Source of the DNA: Alphaproteobacteria bacterium
Lineage (GTDB): Bacteria; Pseudomonadota; Alphaproteobacteria; RF32; CAG-239
Reading direction: 5' to 3'
NCBI GenBank assembly: GCA_016283295.1
Contig: JAEEMQ010000030.1
Span: forward strand, 11,482 to 75,481
DNA: 64,000 nt
Position 1 is the first letter of the stretch. Each line of letters begins with the position of its first letter. Shown in pieces: positions 51,193 through 59,438 of this stretch. The notes under the pieces were generated by a model. The model saw nothing but the letters and a program-made list of their open reading frames with translations. It ran no database searches and was not told the DNA's origin. The position numbers and the translations under genes were made by a program.

Positions 51193-52188
51193 ATGAGCGA
51201 TGAAGATACTTTTAGCGACGGCGACGATTTTGAAAGACTCTTGAACAGCTTCATCAATTCCAAAGTAGATGACTTTGATGATGACGACGATGACGATAAA
51301 AAAGATGCTAAAAACCCGAAAGATGACGACGATAAGGAAGATTTTCCGCCAGTTGAGGATGAGGATGAAAATGAAGACGAGCTGCAACTGAGCCCGCAGG
51401 GACAAAGCGAAAACGAAGAAGCGGCCGAAGAATTTGAAAAAGAAGTTGCCGAAACTTTTGATGCCGCGCGCACCGCAATTGAAGAAGAGGACCAAAGTCC
51501 GGAATTAAAGGGAGAAGAATCGGAACTGGCTCAGGCTTTCATAAATTATAAAAGCTCCATAGATAAAATTTGCAAAAACAAGCAGATTCCTCCGTATAAC
51601 TGGCAGTTTGAAATCGATTATCTGTACCCTAATTACAAGCCGAGCGTAGGGCATTTGCTGGCCGGAGATTTGATTGCCGGCTGGAACATTTTGCAAGAAA
51701 TTTTCCCGGATACCATCGGACGCTTCCGGGTTTCGTCAACGGATGAGGAGTTTTTGAACTTTGCCGAAACGTTGCGCGACCAAAACCTACAGCTGGCGGT
51801 TATTTCTTATGTGGAAATTCTGATAGATATGGAAAGTTGCGAACTGACTTATCAAGCAAAACTGCTGAAATATCAGGAAAAACACATCAAACGCCTGTTG
51901 TATGAAGAATATTTGGAGCGCAAAGAGCGCCAAAAACGCTTTGTCGAGGCGGTTAAAAAGAAGAATTTTCCGATTGATGCCGAGCGCTTAATCAGCAACT
52001 ATTTCCGGGTGGCGCAAAAAGATATTGACGGTGCATTTACGGCACTTACGACTAATCCGGCAATTTTTGCGCCGATTGATTTTGCCAAAATCAAACCGCG
52101 CTTTTTCGGGTTGGTAAAAGTTACGCCTAAAGACGGTATTCGCGTCAATATGGAAATCGGCAAATTTATGAAAAAGGTAAAGGTTTAG
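51193..52188 (+). CDS. Hypothetical protein with an extremely acidic N-terminal third (poly-Asp)
   Basis: ATG 51193 follows AAGGGAG. aa 1-90 are D/E-rich, including VDDFDDDDDDDKKD (51268..). The C-terminal ~230 aa are predicted helical and globular. First gene of the T4CP cluster. Confidence 0.7.
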   Translation: MSDEDTFSDGDDFERLLNSFINSKVDDFDDDDDDDKKDAKNPKDDDDKEDFPPVEDEDENEDELQLSPQGQSENEEAAEEFEKEVAETFDAARTAIEEEDQSPELKGEESELAQAFINYKSSIDKICKNKQIPPYNWQFEIDYLYPNYKPSVGHLLAGDLIAGWNILQEIFPDTIGRFRVSSTDEEFLNFAETLRDQNLQLAVISYVEILIDMESCELTYQAKLLKYQEKHIKRLLYEEYLERKERQKRFVEAVKKKNFPIDAERLISNYFRVAQKDIDGAFTALTTNPAIFAPIDFAKIKPRFFGLVKVTPKDGIRVNMEIGKFMKKVKV

Positions 52189-52269
52189 GCAAAAAAAATA
52201 AATGTGGACAAAAATGTTTTTTTATGATATTATCATATTAAATTGAATTGCTTTAGAGGAGATATTCTG

Positions 52270-54426
52270 ATGGCTGATACTATTGATGCGGATTTTAAGG
52301 CTTTTTGCAGCGAATTGAAAAAATCGTCGCCGGACCCTGATAAAATCAAGGCCGGTATAATGAAGTACGGCTTTTCGCAACTGAGTGATTCGCAAAAAGC
52401 GATGTTTCAGGCAGCGATATTTCCGAAGCCGACTCCGCGCGGCAAGAAAGACTCCGAAAAGCTCGGGTTCAAAAATCTGGATAAAATCAATCACACTCTG
52501 CACATTATGCAGGATTTGTATGCCGGCGGAGCCATCAGCAAAGAAGATATGTCAGCCTTTTTAACCGAACCGCAACGGATTGAGCACAAAGATGAAAACG
52601 GAGAAATCAGCTATCGCTACGGCAAAACACTGTTGGCCGAAGTTGCGCTGAACACGTATGCCATAGAGTTCAAAGATGCCCGATTTGACAAGAAGTTGAA
52701 AGAAGAAGGCATCAGCGATGATTTGCGCAGCGATTTAACTAAATTACGCGAGAAATTATATAAAAATTCCGAAACGGCAATGGAAATTCAAAATACTCTC
52801 GGCAAACTTGACGGAGAGCTGTTGTATGAAGTGTTCAACAAAGAAGATAACCATACCGGCAGAAACTTTAAGTACAGCGATTTGGCCAAAAAGTCGTTTA
52901 TGATGAAGGACGCTTTTGAAAAAGCCGAGCGCTATGCCGCTCAGCATCAGGCCGAACCGGAGCGCACGCAAACGGAAAATACTCCGGCGGAAGAACCGGT
53001 CCGTTTCGGCGGTATGCCGGAAAATTCGGATACGCTGACCTTTTCGGCGCAACCTAATAATTTGAACGTTTCGACCAATACCCCGCCTCCTCCGCCGCCA
53101 CAAAACACGGAAGGCGATACTCAGGAAAATCCGGCTCAGTTGGAAGACTCCAAGAGAGATTCCAAGCGCGGCAAATCACAGTTTGATTTTAAGCCGGTAT
53201 CCGAACAGGATTTGATTAAATATCTCTACAACGTTTGGTTCCTGGGCCTGATTAACTGGACGCTTAAAAAGACATTTCAGGGGCTTGACGGCGCCATCGA
53301 TTATCTGTGCGGTGACAGCGGCAAGGCACCGGTAAGATCCGCCATCGCAACGCGCAATCAGGCAAACGGAGCCCAGCAAACACCACCTGCGGGGCCGAAT
53401 AACGGCGGTCGCAACGGTTTTGAGTTTAGTCCGGAAGCGATGAAGTTCAACAAGCAAATGGCTCGCATGATTGATCTGGCCAGAGATAACAATCTCAACG
53501 AATTCAGCAAGGTTATGAAAGATGCTAAGACGCTCAAGGCCGTTCTTGAGTGCATTCAGAACAATATCGGCAAAGGTGTGCACCTGTGGACAGCGGTTGA
53601 CGGATTTAATCCGCATAATCATTTGGAATTTGCGGCAAGTCTGAATAAATCGTTTTTTGCCAACAAAGCCCTGTTCCGCGGCAATTTAGCGACCTTGATG
53701 AAAAATCCGAAAATTTTATCCGAACTTTTCTCCAAAGATAAACTCAGAATGTGTGCGGCTTTAGCCACCATCGACTATATTCGGAAACATCCGGGCAAAG
53801 AATTGGACGGCAATGCCGAAGCGGCGGAAAAAATCCGTAAAGACACGTTGATCAAGTTCAAAGATATGACGGAAACCGCCGCGCATATTCTCCACGAAGA
53901 AGAAATAAAGTTCAAGCACAACAACAATTTGCGTCCGGATGCCGAGCTTTCTAAGGAACAGTTAAAGACCGTTGCCGAGAATGCTTCCGTTGAAATGAAG
54001 GGCTATTTTGAAAAAATGTGTCGCGCCGGCGGCGATTTGACGCTACAGCTGTGTGAACATCACGCCGCGACCGATGCCACCCAGAAAAAACTGCTGGAGC
54101 AGGAAATTCGCATAAAGGCGGCCGAATTTGATAAGATTTACAACAAATATCGTTCGCCGGATGATGATGTGCAGCCTACCGAAACCCGCAAAAAGGCCAA
54201 AACCGGACCGATGGATATAGTGGAAGCGGCTAATGCCGAACAGGCCGGTGAGAGAAAGCAGCAAACTTGGGAAGGCGATATCGGTGCCAAAAAAGCGCAG
54301 AACGAGGCCGAAAGAGGCAAAAATGCTCAACGCAAAGTAAAAGTAAAAGACTTTAAGCGGCGCATGGAAGGCAAATATCAGACGAAACAGGCCAGGATGC
54401 AGAAAAATCAGGGATCACGTGAATGA
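52270..54426 (+). CDS. Large hypothetical protein (about 718 aa), helical, with a PPPPPP linker and a Lys/Arg-rich C-terminal tail
   Basis: ATG 52270 follows GAGGAG. No TM segment or signal peptide. Central low-complexity region (…NTPPPPPPQNTEGD…). The C-terminus is …AERGKNAQRKVKVKDFKRRMEGKYQTKQARMQKNQGSRE. Confidence 0.7.
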   Translation: MADTIDADFKAFCSELKKSSPDPDKIKAGIMKYGFSQLSDSQKAMFQAAIFPKPTPRGKKDSEKLGFKNLDKINHTLHIMQDLYAGGAISKEDMSAFLTEPQRIEHKDENGEISYRYGKTLLAEVALNTYAIEFKDARFDKKLKEEGISDDLRSDLTKLREKLYKNSETAMEIQNTLGKLDGELLYEVFNKEDNHTGRNFKYSDLAKKSFMMKDAFEKAERYAAQHQAEPERTQTENTPAEEPVRFGGMPENSDTLTFSAQPNNLNVSTNTPPPPPPQNTEGDTQENPAQLEDSKRDSKRGKSQFDFKPVSEQDLIKYLYNVWFLGLINWTLKKTFQGLDGAIDYLCGDSGKAPVRSAIATRNQANGAQQTPPAGPNNGGRNGFEFSPEAMKFNKQMARMIDLARDNNLNEFSKVMKDAKTLKAVLECIQNNIGKGVHLWTAVDGFNPHNHLEFAASLNKSFFANKALFRGNLATLMKNPKILSELFSKDKLRMCAALATIDYIRKHPGKELDGNAEAAEKIRKDTLIKFKDMTETAAHILHEEEIKFKHNNNLRPDAELSKEQLKTVAENASVEMKGYFEKMCRAGGDLTLQLCEHHAATDATQKKLLEQEIRIKAAEFDKIYNKYRSPDDDVQPTETRKKAKTGPMDIVEAANAEQAGERKQQTWEGDIGAKKAQNEAERGKNAQRKVKVKDFKRRMEGKYQTKQARMQKNQGSRE

Positions 54427-54899
54427 TTAAAAAGTTTTTCCACTACGTTTGCGTGATTATCGCTTCCGGCTTATGGGTTGCTTTGCTGGCCGGTTTGGTA
54501 TCGTATGCCATTATGCTGATATATCATACCACACCGTTGATATTTTATCAAAAACTGGCTCTTTTCTGGGACCAGGGTAATATCATTCACGGTCGGGATT
54601 TAATTTTTATTACGACAATTATACTGTTGGTACCGCTCTGTTTTTACGGGGTGTACCGCCTCTATCATTTTAAGTATATGAAGTTGCTGACGGTGCCGCT
54701 GAACAAAATCTTCAACAGCGGATTCAATAATTACGTTGCGCCGGACGTAAACATCAAGAACTTAAAGATTGAGGAAAAGAAAACCCTGGATCAGTTTATT
54801 AAAGAACGGCTCGATGTGGAAAAGAAGAAAACACAAACCGCCGGCGCAACTGATTTCAGGAAAGAAATTATTGAAAAAATACAAAAGTCAGAAAAATAA
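54423..54899 (+). CDS. Membrane protein (2 TM), hypothetical
   Basis: 158 aa with an ATGA overlap with the upstream gene. Two TM helices and a charged C-terminal tail. The N-terminal module resembles that of the next gene. Confidence 0.65.
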   Translation: MIKKFFHYVCVIIASGLWVALLAGLVSYAIMLIYHTTPLIFYQKLALFWDQGNIIHGRDLIFITTIILLVPLCFYGVYRLYHFKYMKLLTVPLNKIFNSGFNNYVAPDVNIKNLKIEEKKTLDQFIKERLDVEKKKTQTAGATDFRKEIIEKIQKSEK

Positions 54900-54942
54900 A
54901 AAAATATATTCACTTTTTTAACATTTACATGTTATTAATATT

Positions 54943-56445
54943 GTGGGTACGTTTATAAGATTACGGAGTGCACGGTTGAAATCGGTATTGGTATTTCTCA
55001 GAATTTTGATTGTCGGTTGCCTGTGGGGTATTGTCTTCACCGAGGGCATCCGCGTTATCATGCTGTGCAACTGGCATTTTGATATTTTCTGGCCTGATCA
55101 CTGGCATCAGTTTGCAACCGCCTGGAGAGCCGGTTGGTTCCCGCGAGCGCCGAAAGAATGGGCCTTTATTATGCTGATTATCGTTTTCTTCCCAATGTTG
55201 ATTACCGGCTGGTGGACTTTGTGCATGGTCGCCTGGGAAGAAATTATTTGGAAAATATTGAAATTGCCGTATACGCTGTATACCAAATACATCAGCAAAT
55301 CCGCTCCGACCCCGATTGCCGCAAACAACCGCTACGGTGTGGTTAAACGCAAGTCTTATAAGCTGATTCGCCCGGCAGGAATCAATACTCTGCGCGTACC
55401 GATTTCCGATTACGGCAGCTCAAGCTCCTCCGCTCCGTTGGCGCCGACCGCCGGTTCTTCCTATTCTTCGCCGTATTCCGCTCCGGCCGCGTCTGCCGCT
55501 CCGGCACCGGCTACGGCTAAGAAAAAGACCGATGTTGCCGCCACAATCGACCACGCATTATTCAAATTTGACGATGACGACGATGACGATTTCGATTTGG
55601 ATATAGATTCGTTTGAAAAAGCCGATTTAAGCAAGAAAAAGAGTAGCGAAAGCAAGGCCAAAAAACGCTCATTCGACGATGACGATGACGAGGAGTTTAC
55701 ACGTTCCAAACGGGCTAAACCGAAGTATGATTTTGACGACGACGATGATGAAGATGATGAGACCGAGGCTAAATTTGAAAAGCCGGTATCAAGTCGCCGT
55801 GAAAGCAAGGAAAAAGAAAGCCGCAAATCTTCCCGTAAATCCGAGGATACTCCTAAACGCAGTACCCGCTCGCAACGCAATACCGAAGATGAGGGAGAGG
55901 GCAGCCGCCGCGGCAGAACAAGCGAAAACAGAGCATCCGAGGCATCTCAGGGCCCGGTATACGATGCTTTGGCTCAGAAGAATTATGAAATTATCAGTAA
56001 CGTTACGGTCAATAATACCGTTATCGACTTTGTCGGTGTTTCGGAAAACGATATTTATCTGTGTTTGGTTGATAAAGAAAGCGGCGATTGGCTTGCCGAC
56101 GAAGAAATGTTTAACGGTGAAGAGCCGCTGTGGTTCTCGGAAAGCAGCCACCGCGTTTCTCCGGTATGCAAATTAAACAGCGTTAAAAAGCAGATTGAAA
56201 GCGCGTTGGATGACGGCGGATTCGAGCAAAAAATCATTCCGTGTGTGATTATTCAGATGGCGAACATCATCAATGCCGACGATATGTTTGACATCTGGAA
56301 TGAAATGGGGATAGAAGTCACCCGCATCAATCGGGGCGCGCCGAAGGAAATCAAACTGTTCTCCAAGCTTTTGAATGAGGCCGACGGCAAGGTTTCTAAG
56401 AGAGAATTGGATAATTTACGTAAATTATTGAAAAACATAAAATAA
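54943..56445 (+). CDS. Membrane-anchored protein with a disordered poly-Asp/Lys-Ser-Arg linker and a C-terminal alpha/beta (NERD/nuclease-like?) domain
   Basis: 500 aa, GTG start (uncertain). TM helices in aa 15-105, S/A/P-rich aa 155-195, three F/Y-D-poly-D tracts (55561-55761), a basic S/R/K stretch, then a globular C-terminus …YEIISNVTVNNTVIDFVGVSENDIYLCLVDKESGDW…. Confidence 0.7.
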   Translation: MGTFIRLRSARLKSVLVFLRILIVGCLWGIVFTEGIRVIMLCNWHFDIFWPDHWHQFATAWRAGWFPRAPKEWAFIMLIIVFFPMLITGWWTLCMVAWEEIIWKILKLPYTLYTKYISKSAPTPIAANNRYGVVKRKSYKLIRPAGINTLRVPISDYGSSSSSAPLAPTAGSSYSSPYSAPAASAAPAPATAKKKTDVAATIDHALFKFDDDDDDDFDLDIDSFEKADLSKKKSSESKAKKRSFDDDDDEEFTRSKRAKPKYDFDDDDDEDDETEAKFEKPVSSRRESKEKESRKSSRKSEDTPKRSTRSQRNTEDEGEGSRRGRTSENRASEASQGPVYDALAQKNYEIISNVTVNNTVIDFVGVSENDIYLCLVDKESGDWLADEEMFNGEEPLWFSESSHRVSPVCKLNSVKKQIESALDDGGFEQKIIPCVIIQMANIINADDMFDIWNEMGIEVTRINRGAPKEIKLFSKLLNEADGKVSKRELDNLRKLLKNIK

Positions 56446-56463
56446 CTTATGAGGTGATAAAAA

Positions 56464-58677
56464 ATGGCAAATGATCGTGGCGAGGAATGGAAAGAATATG
56501 ACAAAGCCGTCAGGTGGATGCTGATTACGCTGCTTATCTGCGTTGTATTGAGCGTCATCTTCTTTGTTTTCAGCCTGCCGTTGTCATACATTGTCGGACA
56601 CGGCGTATCCAAATCGTCAACTACCGTGGTGCAAAAGTTTTTATCGTTGGTATGGCAGCATCCTGACCATTTGTTTACCATGTACGGCAAATGGTGGCGA
56701 CAGTTATGGAACCACCGTGGTCCGTTTTCGCTCAGTTTGTGGATTCCGATATTGCCGTTTATTACCATACCGCTCGGCATTATAATCAGCGCATTGTTCA
56801 GCCCGTATAAATTCCAGGTCAACTATCAAGGTCAGGCCAAAATTGCCGATTTGCGCGATATTAAACACATGCCGTTGTTGGGTTTTGACGGTTTCTGCCA
56901 AGTGGTAGGAAAATTTGACGGCAAGTTCCTGTTGTTGAAAGAAACGCTGGCAACCCTGTGCTGCGCACCTCCTGGTACCGGTAAAACCGTGGGTGTGGTG
57001 ATGCCGACGATTTTCCACTCCGATGGTCTGAGTTTGGTGATTAATGACCCGAAACCGGAACTTTGTTATAAAACTTCCGGTGCACGCGCGAAAGTGGGAC
57101 CGGTGTTCATTATTAACTGGGGTGCGGAAGATAACCCGAGCGAAGGTATTTATTATCCGAGTTGGAACCCGTTGTCACCGAACTGTATTCCGGAACAAGG
57201 TCCGGATCGCGACATGTATGTTGACTCCATGTGCAATATTTTGGTGGAAGACCCGAAAGGCGGCGCCGACCCGCACTGGTCGCAAACCGGCCGTGCCGCA
57301 TTAACCGGATTTATTCAATTTGTGGTTTCAAAGTGTGACCGCGCCCGTGCCAACGACTATTTCATCGGCCGTATTTATGAAGGCAAACTCGATGAAAAAG
57401 ATAAGGAAGTTCTGGAGGGTTATTATCAGGATATGCGTGATCCGGGAGCTCCGCGCGCCATCCAAAACCTTAAAAACGGCACTTTAACCATGGAAAACTA
57501 TCTGCCTATCGGTACTTGGAATTTGTTGCCAGCACGGTGGATGGGGCGTGAAGCCTGTATTGCCATGATTATGGAATGGATTACCGAGGCGCAAATCAAC
57601 GCCGCACAAGAAATTCAGCGTCGTCTGGATGAGGGCGACCAAATGGCAGCGATGGCCGACCCGACCCACGATATGTTGGAAGAAGCCATTAAAGAAGCAC
57701 GTAATTACGGATATGCTCAGCGTTGCGTTACCGAATTGAGTACCTTGAGTAATACCCCGGATAAAGAGCGCGGTTCCATTCTTTCTACCGCATTCGCCGG
57801 TATTAACATATTTAAGAACCAAGCGGTTAAAGCACGTACCAGTTTTTCCGATTTGCAGTTTAAGGATTTGCGCGGTATGAAAGACCCGATTACCGGCGAA
57901 TGGAAGCCAATTTCGGTTTATTTGTCGGTTAACCAGGTTGATGCGCGCGCTCTGGGCGTTATCAGTTCGACCTTTATTGAGTTGATGAGTTCTTACCTGA
58001 TTTCCAACCCGCCTAACCACGTCAACCGTACCGACGGCAAGATGGGGCCTTTCCCTGCCCTGTTCGTGCTCGACGAGTTTCCGCAAATGCCGAAGATGAA
58101 AGCTATTATTGACGGAACGGCCGTAGGTCGTGGTCAAAAAGTGTCGTACCTCCTTATCGGACAAGACTTGGGCCAAATTTCCGGTAAATACGGTAAAGAT
58201 GACTTGGAAACGGTGATTTCTACTACCGCCTGCAAAGTTATTCTGTCGCAAAACAACGAGGTTACGGCACAACGTTTCTCCAAGATGATCGGTAACAAAA
58301 CGGTACGTATTTCTTCGTTCTCACGTACGGAAGGTTCTTTGGGTAAAGACTTTAACCCGCTGGCTAAAAACGTTAACTACCAACTGCAAGGTATTCCGGT
58401 TATCAGCTCGACCCAGCTGTTGAGTTTGCCGATGTTAAAGCAAGTGGTATTGATGCAAAGCCATATCGACCGTCCGATTATTGCCGACTCACCGCGTTGG
58501 TATTTGGATAAGGGAATGACCAAGTTGGCTAAGCTCCCGCCGTGCGCCAACGTGCCGGATTGGGTGGTGGCACAACGTGAAGACATCAATGACGATATGC
58601 TGGCCAAATTGGGCATTGAATACAACGCCGAGGAGGATGACAGCGAAGGTTTTGAGATGGACGCTCCACAGGCTTAA
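56464..58677 (+). CDS. Type IV secretion coupling protein (T4CP), VirD4/TraG family
   Basis: 737 aa with GAGGTGA SD. Two N-terminal TM helices. Walker A APPGTGKT (56965-56988), …VINDPKPEL…, Walker B LFVLDEF (58060-58080), …YLLIGQDLGQISGKYG…. Acidic C-terminus. Confidence 0.9.
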   Translation: MANDRGEEWKEYDKAVRWMLITLLICVVLSVIFFVFSLPLSYIVGHGVSKSSTTVVQKFLSLVWQHPDHLFTMYGKWWRQLWNHRGPFSLSLWIPILPFITIPLGIIISALFSPYKFQVNYQGQAKIADLRDIKHMPLLGFDGFCQVVGKFDGKFLLLKETLATLCCAPPGTGKTVGVVMPTIFHSDGLSLVINDPKPELCYKTSGARAKVGPVFIINWGAEDNPSEGIYYPSWNPLSPNCIPEQGPDRDMYVDSMCNILVEDPKGGADPHWSQTGRAALTGFIQFVVSKCDRARANDYFIGRIYEGKLDEKDKEVLEGYYQDMRDPGAPRAIQNLKNGTLTMENYLPIGTWNLLPARWMGREACIAMIMEWITEAQINAAQEIQRRLDEGDQMAAMADPTHDMLEEAIKEARNYGYAQRCVTELSTLSNTPDKERGSILSTAFAGINIFKNQAVKARTSFSDLQFKDLRGMKDPITGEWKPISVYLSVNQVDARALGVISSTFIELMSSYLISNPPNHVNRTDGKMGPFPALFVLDEFPQMPKMKAIIDGTAVGRGQKVSYLLIGQDLGQISGKYGKDDLETVISTTACKVILSQNNEVTAQRFSKMIGNKTVRISSFSRTEGSLGKDFNPLAKNVNYQLQGIPVISSTQLLSLPMLKQVVLMQSHIDRPIIADSPRWYLDKGMTKLAKLPPCANVPDWVVAQREDINDDMLAKLGIEYNAEEDDSEGFEMDAPQA

Positions 58678-58696
58678 AAACCGCTTTATTTATGAT

Positions 58697-58732
58697 AAAA
58701 GCCTCGCTTATGACGAGGCTTTTCTTTTATTT
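58697..58732. terminator. Bidirectional hairpin terminator between the T4CP gene and marC
   Basis: AAGCCTCG (58699-58706) / CGAGGCTT (58714-58721) with a 7-nt loop, followed by a T-rich run (to 58732) and preceded by an A-run. Confidence 0.7.
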
Positions 58733-58737
58733 TGATA

Positions 58738-59361
58738 TCAACCGGCGCAATTATGGGAAATACTGCCGACAATCATGGTTAAATTGGAAGTAAACAGCTT
58801 AACCGAGATTGAAAGCAAGATAATGCCAAAGGCCTTCTGAAAGATGCAAATAACGCCCGGGGACAATATTTTTTCAAGCTTTTGCGATGATTTTAGCGCA
58901 AAATAAACAATGATTACGTTTGCCAACACCGCCAACAAAATATTAAAATCCGAATACTGCGAACGAATCGATAATAAGGTCGTAAAAGAACCGGCACCTG
59001 CTATCAGCGGAAACACCACCGGTGTAAAGGTAGCATCGTTTCCGGTAGCATTATTGGAACGAAAAATCTCCAAGTCCAACACCATCTCCATCGCAATCAC
59101 AAAAATGATTATAGAACCGGCAACCGCAAATGAAGATAAATCAAGGCTGAACAACCCCAAAAAGGCTTCACCCATATACATAAACCCGACAAATAAAACA
59201 AACGATATGATACTGGCGCGAGGGGCGCTGACAATGCGGCCGTTGCGTTGCAAATTCATCACAATCGGCAAAGTGCCGATAATATCGATAATGGCAAACA
59301 AAACAATAAACGCACCGGTAAATTGCGTTATGTTAAAGGTTTTTATAAAATCCCAAAACAT
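58738..59361 (-). CDS. marC: MarC-family integral membrane protein
   Basis: ORF trimmed to ATG 59361 (GGGGAG SD). The product begins MFWDFIKTFNITQFTGAFIVLFAIIDIIGTLPIV, typical of MarC/UPF0056, with about 6 TM helices. Confidence 0.85.
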   Translation of the reverse strand: MFWDFIKTFNITQFTGAFIVLFAIIDIIGTLPIVMNLQRNGRIVSAPRASIISFVLFVGFMYMGEAFLGLFSLDLSSFAVAGSIIIFVIAMEMVLDLEIFRSNNATGNDATFTPVVFPLIAGAGSFTTLLSIRSQYSDFNILLAVLANVIIVYFALKSSQKLEKILSPGVICIFQKAFGIILLSISVKLFTSNLTMIVGSISHNCAG

Positions 59362-59373
59362 TGTATATCTCCC

Positions 59374-59406
59374 CAAAAAAACAGCGGCATTGAAACAATG
59401 CCGCCG
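59374..59406 (-). terminator. Rho-independent terminator of the PPase gene
   Basis: On the minus strand: GCGGCATT / AATGCCGC 8-bp stem (59397-59404 and 59384-59391), 5-nt loop, then a 7-nt U-run (A-run 59375-59381). It ends only a few nt before the marC SD. Confidence 0.75.
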
Positions 59407-59438
59407 TTCTAACAAACTAAAACGAATTAGTCAATAAC

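Noticed and set aside
51124-51495. Ser/Phe-rich minus-strand ORFs (51124-51495, 51156-51473 and 55461-55880).
   Set aside because: They are the reverse reading of GAT/GAC/GAA-rich poly-Asp/Glu coding tracts of the plus-strand cluster genes. They are a low-complexity artefact.
51193-58677. Interpretation of the T4CP cluster as a recently inserted ICE or plasmid fragment.
   Set aside because: No integrase, relaxase, channel genes, tRNA target or flanking direct repeats are present, and codon usage resembles the housekeeping neighbours. An ancient, decayed element cannot be excluded and remains the main alternative in the finding.
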